Shown here: positions 28,701 through 38,495 of the stretch, piece by piece | How positions within the stretch are numbered: the first letter of the stretch is position 1 | Layout of the letters: every line of letters starts with the position of its first letter | Source of the DNA: an uncultured Peptococcaceae bacterium | Lineage (GTDB): Bacteria > Bacillota > Dehalobacteriia > UBA4068 > UBA4997 | Direction of reading: 5' to 3' | Length of the DNA stretch: 64,000 nucleotides | Assembly: GCA_937897635.1 (NCBI GenBank) | Contig: CALCQI010000012.1 | Location: 74,512 to 138,511 of the forward strand | Notes under the pieces: generated by a model | Database searches by the model: none | Told to the model about the DNA's origin: nothing | The model's input: only the letters and a program-made list of their open reading frames with translations | Translations under genes and position numbers: made by a program

Positions 28701-29728
28701 TTAATATGCCTTTATATTATCTGTTTCTTCGGCAGGCGATACAAAATTAACCACCACATGAGAAGTATCTGGGAAATTAGTATATGCACTGGTATCAGAA
28801 GAACCCCAGGTATGATTAGATGAGGAGCTTGTGCCAATCAAGCTGGAATACCAATGAACATTTTTGTGATAAGAACCAGAACTTGTATTATAAGGGACTT
28901 GTGCGATAGTCGTACATCTTTTAAGGCTGCATCCGCTTCCATTTGTGTTCCAACCATTACAAGCAAGAGTATAAGACTCTGTCTTTTTCACGCCATCAGT
29001 ACCAACCGCAGTTACAGAAAGAGTAACATTATTTGCTGACGAAACATAATACTTCAAAAATCCATTCTGACCTGCCTTAAATCTATTGGGGTCAGTAGCA
29101 GTAGCAGTAGGAGTGTGTAGGTATATTGACCAGTTATTATTGGTATAACTGTACTGACATCCAGCGTCTACTTCAGAACCATTACTGCTTGTTCCACCCA
29201 TATATAGATAAGGTGTTTCAGTAGCATTATTAACGCTATAACAATCGGTAGTTTTGGTTCCAAAATGTACATATGAAGATTGCCAAGAATAACCAGTCTT
29301 TGAACTTACCCTTCTATAAAGACCTTTTGGCGTCGATGCCATTGGAGTAACTCCAGAATTTAATAATGATCCATCATCAGTATTATTGGTTACTGTAGTA
29401 CTATCTACGGGAAATGCCTGTGTATTATTGTTTTGATCCATATAAATATTATCTTTTACTTTTGACCAGCTTTTCATATTTGCTTTTAATTCAGGTTTAT
29501 TTGCATATATCGTGCCATCAGCGGCAATATACACAGCATTTTCACGATCTTCAGGAGCTAGTGTAGACATTACCTGTGTCATAACTTGCCGTTCTTGCCC
29601 TTGGATTTTTGAATCTATATATCCAGTAGAACTAGTCTGTGAATCAGAAGTTGCCGCATAAGCTACAGTGCTTGCAATTACAAACATCATAACCATCATA
29701 GTTAAAATCAAAATTGACTTTTTTTCAT
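28701..29728 (-). CDS. Secreted YrpD-like protein; the RBS-linked ATG (29728) is out of frame by one base in an A7 run
   Basis: 'GLYRRVSSKTGYS', 'ETPYLYMGG', 'EVDAG.QYS'; GGAGG-N7-ATGAAAAAAAGTCAATTTTGA. Confidence 0.6.
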
Positions 29729-30151
29729 TTGAAAACCTCCTTAAATTTTTTTAAAAAAGTTACCATTACTAAATATTATAAACCTCCTTTATGATTTCTA
29801 CCTTCACAAATAGACCGAGGAAGTATATAATATATATACTTACACTTTGTGTAGGTGCAACCCTACATATCATAGATTACTTTGCTAGGTTACTTATGAT
29901 ATGTAGGGCCTTTATTTTAATAGGACATCCTATTAAAATACATATCTATCTACTCTTCAGAGCTTAATGTTGGTATATAAGCGTTTTAAAAATTCACAAA
30001 TTATGTTTTTACTAGTATAATATAAACCAAAATCCACAAAAAAATATTCCATATCAATAGAACCAACCATCTCATATTATAATACTTTAATTCAATGATA
30101 TAAACGGATTCGACAAAGCATCCTACATTTAGACAATTTTAATTTATAATC

Positions 30152-30201
30152 AATAAAAGCAGCGTCTTTTTTAGTTCTTTTACTAAGACACTGCTTTTAT
30201 T
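30152..30201. terminator. Hairpin near the right end of the element
   Basis: ataaaagcagcgtctt ... aagacactgcttttat. Confidence 0.5.
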
Positions 30202-30270
30202 ATTTGGTATGTTTTCGGCGTATAGTGTTATATGCAAGAGAATCTTTCAAATTCCAAATCTTTTGTATAA

Positions 30271-30477
30271 CTATATTTTATGTTGGTTTATTTCATGGAC
30301 ATGGCACCAATGGCAGGTTGAATAGCCTATACTTAAAAAAATAGGCTTATTTTCGGCTTTGGCTTTTTGAAAGGCCTCCTCACCCCATGGGTACCAATTT
30401 ACTGGATTATGGGCATGCTGAAGCAGATAAGGGCTGGTTTCATTTATAAGTTTGTTGGGGCTTTGTTTTTCTATCAC
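30271..30477 (-). pseudogene. yyaL: Host 5' fragment of the yyaL-like gene; reads through att into the element (...[14 protein letters not shown])
   Basis: '[26 protein letters not shown]...[14 protein letters not shown]'; homology ends at the att core. Confidence 0.9.
30299..30315. repeat. att core, right junction
   Basis: acatggcaccaatggca, identical to 8244-8260. Confidence 0.92.
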
Positions 30478-30648
30478 AAAATATCCACTCCCTATTTTAT
30501 TTAAGGATTTTCAATCGATCATCTTTTATTTTACCCAACTCAAACTGTTTTTATATTGTTTCACTACTTTATTTTCCGCTAAAAATTCTATATATGCTGC
30601 ATTTACTTTTTAAATATACTATTGCTGAATAAAGCCTTTAATTAATAC

Positions 30649-31398
30649 TCAAATTTTTTCAAATTCATTTTTATTATAATTAATCAATTCGCATTCCATA
30701 GCAATATCATATACTGTTTCGGTACCCAAATATTTTGTAGTTTTTAGTGTATGCTGGTTTAACTTCACCAAAAGCCCTTCATCATTTAGCCAGTATACAG
30801 TTTCTGATAGCTGCAATTCATCATAAGCATTTACCGCCTTATCCACACACTTAGGCATTTTTTGATTATATTCTTCTAAAAACTTATTATTACTGTTCAA
30901 TTTATAGCCCGTTAGCTCATCATCTTTTATGGTTTTGATACTTTCAATATACTTATTATTAGGTTTGTTAGAAATAAACATTTTCATTATTACCAGCATT
31001 GAATTTTTATCCTTAACGGTTTTTTTCTCAATAACAAAATCCTCCGAGAACTCAGCACTTTTCTCTTCTTTTTCACTTTGCAAATATTGGGTCATCTTGC
31101 CATCGATCAACTTTATAATAAAAACATCATTTGTATTCTGATCGATTTTCATTATATACTCAAATCTATTGTCATCTTTCCTAAACAATAATTCAGCGCT
31201 TTCTTTAGTTTTGCCTTGTTCGGAATCAAGCGCCAGAGATGTAATATTAAATTTAATAAAACCATTTTCTACTTCGGAAAAAGCATCCATACCTGAATTT
31301 ATTTCAGCCAATATTTGCTTGTTTTCATTATTGGTACAGGCAGACGCACCTAATAAAACAAAACAGGCCAACAATAAAAAAACCCAGGTTTTTTTCAA
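30649..31398 (-). CDS. Lipoprotein, unknown function
   Basis: MKK plus hydrophobic stretch plus lipobox 'ASAC'. Confidence 0.7.
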   Translation of the reverse strand: MKKTWVFLLLACFVLLGASACTNNENKQILAEINSGMDAFSEVENGFIKFNITSLALDSEQGKTKESAELLFRKDDNRFEYIMKIDQNTNDVFIIKLIDGKMTQYLQSEKEEKSAEFSEDFVIEKKTVKDKNSMLVIMKMFISNKPNNKYIESIKTIKDDELTGYKLNSNNKFLEEYNQKMPKCVDKAVNAYDELQLSETVYWLNDEGLLVKLNQHTLKTTKYLGTETVYDIAMECELINYNKNEFEKI

Positions 31399-31496
31399 CT
31401 TTTACCCTTCCCAAAAGATAGATTAAAGTCATCAAAATTAGTGGATTAGAAAATGATCTCTAAATTTTATTAAGCTGATATTATATTTAAATATAA

Positions 31497-33206
31497 TCAA
31501 TATTCCATAATAATGTTTTGAATAGTTGCAATAAATTGTTCAACTATTTTGCCATCGAACTGGCTGCCACTGCAACGCCTTAGCTCGGTAAAGGCTTCCT
31601 CATAGGTTTTCCTTACTTGATAAGGGCGGCTTGAAGTCATGGCATCAAAGCTATCCACCACAGTGAGCACCCTTGCCAAATAAGAAATTTGTTCTCCCTT
31701 AAGACCATAAGGATAGCCATTGCCATCTATTCTTTCATGATGCTGTAAAATCAAGGGCACCACCTTTTCCAAAAGGGTTATATTTTTAATGATTTCAGCG
31801 CCATGAACGGGGTGCTGCTTTAATTCAACCCATTCTTCAATGGTCAACTTACCTGTTTTCATTAGAATTTCCTTACTGATATTTATTTTGCCTATATCAT
31901 GCATATAAGCACCATAAATTAAATCTGCTTTAGCTTGCTCATCCAAACCGAGTTTTTCCGCAAAAATGGAACAATAAAATACCACCCGCTCAACATGGCT
32001 ATAAGTAAAGGTATCCCTGGAGTTGATAACTGCTATAAGCGTTTTGATGGAAGCCAACGTTTTAACATCATCATTACCTATATTATCATGCTGATACAGT
32101 TTATCCAAAACGGAAGTATATATTTCCACACGGTTTTTCTGTAAAAACTTAGCTCGATACAAGGCATCATCTGCAGCCCTGATTATATCCTGTGAATTGC
32201 TGTTCAATTCACTGTAACCTGCTATACCTATAGAAAGCGTAAGCTTGGCAAAAGGCAAATATTCCTGGCCTTCAACATAAAGCTCCTGAACCTGTTTGCG
32301 TATTTTTTCCGCTATTTCATAAGCTTGAGTTTCCGTGGTATTCGGCATGATGACCGTAAATTCATCGCCGCCGTAACGCGCAACCACATCACCTTCACGC
32401 TTTAAGCTATATATAAAATTTGCTACTTTTTTAATAACGATATCCCCTTTTTGATGTCCGTGAATATCATTATAGGTTTTGAAATGATCTATATCCAATA
32501 TCATTACGGAAAACGGCTTTTGCGCCGCTAAACAATCGGCAAGTAATTCTTCTGCCTGGTCATAAAAATAACGGTGATTATACAAACCCGTTAAACCATC
32601 TTTATTGACCATATCCTGTAAAATAGCTATATGACATTTTTCCAGCTTAACATAATAGCCTACCGTCCAAGCCACTATTATAAAAATACTCGCTATTAAA
32701 AGATCATTTTCAAAATAATAATTCACCTGTGCTGCAGGCGCTAATAACAAATCCATTATTAAAATAATAGCCGCTGAAATTATAGCTATAAACAATCCTC
32801 TTTGCATACCCGATTCAATAGTATAGGAAACCACTAAAAACAAAAATAAATATTTGAAATTGCTTTCATAGGAACCCGTAATCATTATGGCCCCTAAAAA
32901 CAAAGCAATGAACATTGCGGTTTGTAAAATTTTATATATTGCATATTTATTTTCCTTGGTTTTGGCATTCAAAAATATCCACAAAAAATAAATCACCAAA
33001 AGTGTTGCCAAGCCTACGGTTATAACAAAAATATCATACTTATAATCAACAAATAAAATTGTATGCCCTTTAAAAAAATACTGTAAGTAAGCAATAGAGG
33101 AAAAAAACAAAGAAGAAAGCTTTAAAGCCGCTAATAAAGTATCCAGTTTTGATTCTTTGTTTTTTTCAAAACTTAACATCATTAATGCTCCTTCATGATT
33201 TAACAT
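31497..33206 (-). CDS. Membrane-anchored diguanylate cyclase / HD-GYP phosphodiesterase
   Basis: About 6 TM N-terminus; 'DGLTGLYN', 'DIDHFK..ND..GH', RxxD (REGD) and 'RYGGDEF'; 'HDIGK', 'HHERIDGNGYP'. Confidence 0.93.
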   Translation of the reverse strand: MLNHEGALMMLSFEKNKESKLDTLLAALKLSSLFFSSIAYLQYFFKGHTILFVDYKYDIFVITVGLATLLVIYFLWIFLNAKTKENKYAIYKILQTAMFIALFLGAIMITGSYESNFKYLFLFLVVSYTIESGMQRGLFIAIISAAIILIMDLLLAPAAQVNYYFENDLLIASIFIIVAWTVGYYVKLEKCHIAILQDMVNKDGLTGLYNHRYFYDQAEELLADCLAAQKPFSVMILDIDHFKTYNDIHGHQKGDIVIKKVANFIYSLKREGDVVARYGGDEFTVIMPNTTETQAYEIAEKIRKQVQELYVEGQEYLPFAKLTLSIGIAGYSELNSNSQDIIRAADDALYRAKFLQKNRVEIYTSVLDKLYQHDNIGNDDVKTLASIKTLIAVINSRDTFTYSHVERVVFYCSIFAEKLGLDEQAKADLIYGAYMHDIGKINISKEILMKTGKLTIEEWVELKQHPVHGAEIIKNITLLEKVVPLILQHHERIDGNGYPYGLKGEQISYLARVLTVVDSFDAMTSSRPYQVRKTYEEAFTELRRCSGSQFDGKIVEQFIATIQNIIMEY

Positions 33207-33218
33207 TATAAAAAGTAC

Positions 33219-33266
33219 CTATAAAATTGCTAAAGGAACATATATGTTCCTTTAGTAATTTTATAG
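33219..33266. promoter_or_regulatory. 48-bp near-perfect palindrome between agrD and the GGDEF/HD-GYP gene
   Basis: ctataaaattgctaaaggaacata|tatgttcctttagtaattttatag (one mismatch). Confidence 0.65.
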
Positions 33267-33275
33267 CATTACAAA

Positions 33276-33404
33276 CTACTTTTCACTAAGGCTTGCGGGT
33301 TCTTCGGGCTGATAACCGAAATAGAAACAAGCGGAGGAAGCTATTGCAGCTGCCAACAAGGTGGTCATGGTTGCAATAAGCGCATACAAGGATGTTTTCT
33401 TCAT
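33276..33404 (-). CDS. agrD: AgrD-like cyclic (thio)lactone autoinducer precursor, 42 aa (not in ORF track)
   Basis: MKKTSLYALIATMTTLLAAAIASSACFYFGYQPEEPASLSEK*; AAAGGAGG RBS; amphipathic leader, Cys-X4 ring, 'YQPEEP' tail; directly after agrB. Confidence 0.9.
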   Translation of the reverse strand: MKKTSLYALIATMTTLLAAAIASSACFYFGYQPEEPASLSEK

Positions 33405-33431
33405 AAATTTAGCCTCCTTTCCCTTAGTATT

Positions 33432-34076
33432 TTAGAAAACTCGGTTAAGCTTATCTATTTGACTAAAAGTATATTTGCCAAAGTTGGTAAGAGTAATCAC
33501 CTGCCATATCACTGCCAAAAGCAAGCTAAAATTAAGAGCTGAAAAGATTGCCAAATAATCCTTAACAACAAACAAGATAATAGATATTATAAAATAAGCA
33601 AATAAAACCAACATGGTATATTTTTTCATTCTTTTTCTTTTGGCTGCGGTACGAATAGGCTTATTGGCATTATCAACAGGCGCCTTTTTTAAGCATATAA
33701 AAAAAGCCAAACCATAAACTATAAAAATAAGGGCTAAAAGCAATGGTGCTTGTACAAATATTGGAAGTATATGTGTTGCCAAAAGCGCCAATAAAAGCGA
33801 AAGTATAATGCTCATTAATGTACAGGCTTCCATAGTTTGCAAATGAGCACCACCGGAATACTTTCTTAACAGGCTTACCGCCCAACAAAGTAACAAAGCT
33901 TGTAAAGGCACCTTAAACAAAAAGCCCAAAACAGCCACCATAAAAGTGGTAATAACTATTTGCACAAGGGCTATCATGCCATAGGCAACTACTTGCTCTT
34001 TTTCATCATCATATTTTAATTCAAAGGCTATTTTATGCGCCCATTTCCTGGCCAGTGTTTCCATCATTATCTCCAT
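33432..34076 (-). CDS. agrB: AgrB-family autoinducer-processing membrane peptidase
   Basis: 'YG...L', 'LRKYSGGAH...C' (catalytic His/Cys), 'APVD..NKPI'. Confidence 0.92.
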   Translation of the reverse strand: MEIMMETLARKWAHKIAFELKYDDEKEQVVAYGMIALVQIVITTFMVAVLGFLFKVPLQALLLCWAVSLLRKYSGGAHLQTMEACTLMSIILSLLLALLATHILPIFVQAPLLLALIFIVYGLAFFICLKKAPVDNANKPIRTAAKRKRMKKYTMLVLFAYFIISIILFVVKDYLAIFSALNFSLLLAVIWQVITLTNFGKYTFSQIDKLNRVF

Positions 34077-34533
34077 TTTTTATACACTTTTTAACAGATT
34101 TACAGTACCAAGCAGCACCTATTATACCCAACATTAATACTGAAGGCAAACTGGTCAAAGATTTGCTTACAGGATCATTCATAACATCCACAAAGACTTC
34201 ACCGTAAATTTGCTGCAAGGTATAAACATTGGCAGCCTCCAGGGCAAACAACAATAAAAATGTGATCAAAGCGGCTTTAATTGCGGAAAGCACAGAAGCC
34301 TTATTGATCAAAACGGCCAGTAATACAATAGCCATCAATACCAAAATAGAATGCACCCCAAAATTGATGGGCAGCATACGAATAGTATAGGTTAAGGCAA
34401 CATAAAGCAAACTGCTTAAAATATAAGGCTTAAGCTGTATTTTGCATTTACAGATGGCGCACACCAGAAGAAAAACAAAAAAACCTTCCAGTATACCACG
34501 AATAAACAGTTCAGCAAGAGTTATTTTAAGCAT
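34033..34533 (-). CDS. Stand-alone multi-pass membrane protein resembling an AgrC-type sensor domain
   Basis: About 5 TM, 'IRMLPINFGVHSIL'; no kinase domain; overlaps agrB. Confidence 0.6.
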   Translation of the reverse strand: MLKITLAELFIRGILEGFFVFLLVCAICKCKIQLKPYILSSLLYVALTYTIRMLPINFGVHSILVLMAIVLLAVLINKASVLSAIKAALITFLLLFALEAANVYTLQQIYGEVFVDVMNDPVSKSLTSLPSVLMLGIIGAAWYCKSVKKCIKNGDNDGNTGQEMGA

Positions 34534-34554
34534 TATGTTACCCCCAATATGTAA

Positions 34555-35133
34555 TTATTCTCCTGAAGCTTTTTCCTTTGGCTTTACAAGTAATTCGACC
34601 CGTTTATTTAAAATTTTGATTGTATTATAAATCAACAAACCTACAAACACACTAATAAAAATATCGCCCAAGCTCATAATTGTATAGCCCATATCAAATA
34701 TATCCGCAAGTAATTTCCATTGTGTGTCTGCAGAACCCAACATATGTATATCTGAAACAATGGTAAAGGAATTAGGCGAAACATAGCCTGTAAGGTAAGA
34801 AATGCTCGGAAATACGGGCATTTTGCCCCCATTTTGCGATATTACAAAATTATTCAGAAAACTTCCCGCAAAGATAAAGGCTGAACCTATCATTGCCTGC
34901 TTGTACTGTTTATAAGCTATAATAGGAATTATAAAAACAAAAATTTGCAAATGCTTCAACAACCCCGCATATTGTACATATTGATAATTACCATTAAAAA
35001 CACTGAACTGAAAAAAAAGATAAACCAGCTCCAACAGCACAAAGGGGTACATTGGCCAAGCCCTTAAAAGCGGCGCCAGCTTATAATGTTTTATTTTAGC
35101 TATAATAAATGCCAGAACAATGGTTTCTATCAT
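34555..35133 (-). CDS. DUF5317-family membrane protein
   Basis: 'G..LN..VI..NGGKMPV', 'H.L....T....LADIF....MSLGDI'. Confidence 0.8.
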   Translation of the reverse strand: MIETIVLAFIIAKIKHYKLAPLLRAWPMYPFVLLELVYLFFQFSVFNGNYQYVQYAGLLKHLQIFVFIIPIIAYKQYKQAMIGSAFIFAGSFLNNFVISQNGGKMPVFPSISYLTGYVSPNSFTIVSDIHMLGSADTQWKLLADIFDMGYTIMSLGDIFISVFVGLLIYNTIKILNKRVELLVKPKEKASGE

Positions 35134-35415
35134 ATATTTTCACCATTTACCTTAGTAGACAAATTATAACATTTTTGGTTTACTTTAACAAGATAATTTA
35201 TTGTGCTATGAACAGTTACTTTTCCCATAATAATTCAAGAAAACTTTAAACAAAGCTGTTTCTTTCTTATTTTATTGAATTAATAATAACTTTAAGTGAA
35301 CAGGCAGCAAATAAACCTAAAAATATGATTTCCCAAAATAAAAAGCAGAGTGTTGGAATATAATTTCCAACACTCTGCTTTATTCAAGGCTGAATCAAGC
35401 AGTACTGCTGTACTG

Positions 35416-35874
35416 CTATACTACTACTATACGAACACATTTATTTTTTATATCATCTAAAATATTGGTTATATTACTGAGTTCCGTATCTATTTCCTGC
35501 ATTTTTTCAGGTGGCACATTATAATTTATAAATACTTCCTCTATGGCATGAACTGTTTGATGGGTCCTTTGTGTGGTTTCAATGAATTCTTCAAAATTAC
35601 TGCTATTGGAAGCATTTTCAAACTGTTTAATATCGTTTTTTATATATTCCACAATATCACCGGGTTTGGCAAATATCCCCGCACCTACAGGATAAGGCAA
35701 TACTCTTTGTAGATAATACTGATTTTTGGCATTTATATTATATACATAAAACAATTCTGTTTCATCTATATAATAACGTACAAAACACAAAAGCCCGTGA
35801 ATACTGGTAACCTTAGCACCGGTCTGCGTAAGAGCCATATCCAGGCTAGTTTGTTCAGCGGAAACCATATCCAT
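35416..35874 (-). CDS. Hypothetical 152-aa protein (copy 1)
   Basis: GGAGG RBS; near-identical paralog at 37944..38402. Confidence 0.8.
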   Translation of the reverse strand: MDMVSAEQTSLDMALTQTGAKVTSIHGLLCFVRYYIDETELFYVYNINAKNQYYLQRVLPYPVGAGIFAKPGDIVEYIKNDIKQFENASNSSNFEEFIETTQRTHQTVHAIEEVFINYNVPPEKMQEIDTELSNITNILDDIKNKCVRIVVV

Positions 35875-35959
35875 ATCTTTCCCTCCGTTTCCTTAAATAT
35901 AATTATTAATATACTTTTTTAGTTTTCCTAAATACATTATTCTTTATAAACATATCTTA

Positions 35960-37240
35960 CTATATAAAGTAGAAAATAACCAGGTAAATAGTTGAAAGAA
36001 CTATAGATAAAATCATCAGCGGAAAGCCCATTTTCAAAAACCTACCAAAGCTAAGCGGATAACCGTATTTTTCAGCCAAACCGGCAACCACAACGTTTGC
36101 GGAAGCACCAATAAGAGTACCGTTACCGCCCAAGCAAGCACCTAAAGAAATAGCCCACCATAATGAGCCAACATCCATACCTGAAGCACCCATAGCCTGA
36201 ATCATAGGAATAAGGGTAGCTACAAAAGGAATATTATCTACAAAGGCAGAAACAATGGCAGAAAACCAAATTAAAACTACGCCTGTAACTAAAAGGTTGC
36301 CATCGGTAAGCGCAATAACCTCATCTGCAAGCATATCTATTAAACCTGCTTCCCTTAAAGCACCAACCAAAACAAACAGGGCAGCGAAGAAAAAAATAGT
36401 GGGCCACTCCACACTATGTAAGGCATCCTCTACACTGGCACGGCTTAAAAGTAAAAGTAACGCAGCACCTGTTAAAGCAATAACTGAAGGCTCATAGTGA
36501 ATAATGGAATGGGTAAAAAAGCCAAACAAAACCAAACCAAGCACAAATAAGCTTTTCTTAAGCAATGAATGGTTTTTTATGCAAACCTTTTCATCCAAAG
36601 CCATAATAGCTTGTTTCTTTTCTTCGCTTACATTAAATTTATTTCTGTACAATATTTTCAAAACCGCAAAAGTAACAATAAAAATAACCACGATGATAGG
36701 ACCTAAATTAACAATAAAATCCATAAAGCTTAAGCCTACTTGACTGCCTATCATAATATTGGGGGGGTCACCAATCAAGGTTGCGGTACCGCCAATATTG
36801 GAAGCCAAAATTTCCGGTATCAAAAAAGGTATAGGATCAAGCTCCAAGGTTTTGGTTATTACCAAGGTCATTGGAACTATCAAAAGCACTGTGGTAACGT
36901 TATCCAAGAAAGCTGAAATAACTGCCGTGATAACACACAAGCTAAGCAATATTTTCCAAGAATCACCCTTAACCTTTTTGGCTGCCAAAATAGCCAAATA
37001 CTCAAATACACCCGTTTCCTTAACAATACCCACGATGATCATCATGCCGACCAACAATCCAATCGTGTTGAAGTCCACATGTTCCAGTGCCTTTTCGGGA
37101 GATAACACTCCTACCAGCAAAATTAAGCAAACCCCACACAAGGAAATAACGGTTCTATGGATTTTTTCACTAATTATTATAGCCAAAACTACCACAAAAA
37201 CCGCCAATGCAAAAATTGCATCAAAGCCCACTTTTAACAC
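35960..37240 (-). CDS. ArsB/NhaD (P-permease-like) ion transporter (copy 1)
   Basis: 'SAFLDNVTTV', 'SNIGGTATLIGDPPNI', 'SAFVDNIP', 'GGNGTLIGASAN'. Confidence 0.9.
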   Translation of the reverse strand: MLKVGFDAIFALAVFVVVLAIIISEKIHRTVISLCGVCLILLVGVLSPEKALEHVDFNTIGLLVGMMIIVGIVKETGVFEYLAILAAKKVKGDSWKILLSLCVITAVISAFLDNVTTVLLIVPMTLVITKTLELDPIPFLIPEILASNIGGTATLIGDPPNIMIGSQVGLSFMDFIVNLGPIIVVIFIVTFAVLKILYRNKFNVSEEKKQAIMALDEKVCIKNHSLLKKSLFVLGLVLFGFFTHSIIHYEPSVIALTGAALLLLLSRASVEDALHSVEWPTIFFFAALFVLVGALREAGLIDMLADEVIALTDGNLLVTGVVLIWFSAIVSAFVDNIPFVATLIPMIQAMGASGMDVGSLWWAISLGACLGGNGTLIGASANVVVAGLAEKYGYPLSFGRFLKMGFPLMILSIVLSTIYLVIFYFI

Positions 37241-37943
37241 CCCTCACTTTTATATTTTTACAAAACCCCACCATATTTTAAAACCTAAAATTCGCCCGAA
37301 CAGGTTTTAAAATCTTAAAAAAACCTAATAGACACCTAAACAACTGTTTATTTTATACTTTTACATTTTTAATGTCAATTGAAGTAATGTATAGATATTC
37401 AACCTAGAAAACAATGTATATATAATACTTCGCTACAAAATAGATAAAACCAGCTTGCGGTTTTCACAAATCAAACTCATTTAAACCTTCTTGAATTATA
37501 ACAAATACTATTTCAACAATAAATTTGCATACAACAGTATAAATATTATATTATAAATGTTTACGCATTTATTGCCGGCTTTTCCCTAACGATAAAAGCT
37601 CCGATATAAAATAGACGTTAATTCACAAAATCAACTATCTGGCTTTTGCAAAAGCAAAATCACAGCTATGAATTAGGCTATAGCACAAAATCAAAGATTT
37701 TGGCTCTAGCCGTCAAAGCTTTTGCATTTAACGATATTATACCAACTAAACATACCAAGTATAAGCTAAGTATTAAAGCTTTTTATGCTCAATAGAAAAA
37801 TCCATAATAAAAATTTATAAAATATACAATATATACAGTTATCAAGCCTTAAAATTTATTATAGCTTTTTAAAACAAAAAACAGAGTATTGGAATATAAT
37901 TTCCAACACTCTGCTTTATTCAAGGCTGAATCAAGCTGTACTG

Positions 37944-38402
37944 CTATACTACTACTATCCTAACACACTTATTTTTTATATTCTCTAAAATATTTGTTAT
38001 ATGATTGAGTTCCGTATCTATTTCTTGCATTTTTTCAGGTGATACATTGTAATTCATAAATACTTCCTCTATAGCGTGTACCGTTTGATGGATTTTTTGG
38101 GTTGTTTCAATAAATCTTTCAAAATTACTGCTGTTAGAAGCGTTTTCAAACTGCTTTATATCATTTTTAATATATTCCACTATATCATCCGGTTTAGCAA
38201 ATACCCCCGCGCCTACAGGATAAGGCAATACTCTTTGTAGATAATACTGGTTTTTGGCATTTATGTTGTATACATAATACAATTCCGTATCATCTATATA
38301 ATAACGTACAAAACATAAAAGTCCGTGAATACTGGTAACCTTAGCGCCGATCTGCGTAAGCGCCATATCCAGGCTGGTTTGTTCAGCGGAAACAATATCC
38401 AT
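37944..38402 (-). CDS. Hypothetical 152-aa protein (copy 2)
   Basis: Paralog of 35416..35874. Confidence 0.8.
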   Translation of the reverse strand: MDIVSAEQTSLDMALTQIGAKVTSIHGLLCFVRYYIDDTELYYVYNINAKNQYYLQRVLPYPVGAGVFAKPDDIVEYIKNDIKQFENASNSSNFERFIETTQKIHQTVHAIEEVFMNYNVSPEKMQEIDTELNHITNILENIKNKCVRIVVV

Positions 38403-38495
38403 ATCTACCCCTCCGTTTCCTTAAATATTTATTTAGTATAGTCTTTCTTAAATAAACTCTTCCATTCTGCTAAATGTATCTTTATTTATATTTTA

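Larger units (their letters stand above)
8244..30315. mobile_element. ~22 kb integrative element (large serine recombinase) inserted in the yyaL-like gene
   Basis: Bounded by 17-bp direct repeats inside a split gene; serine recombinase next to one end; defence cargo; no phage structural or conjugation genes recognised. Confidence 0.9.

Noticed and set aside
8244-30315. Prophage or ICE identity for the island
   Set aside because: No capsid, terminase, tail, relaxase or VirB4-like genes recognised
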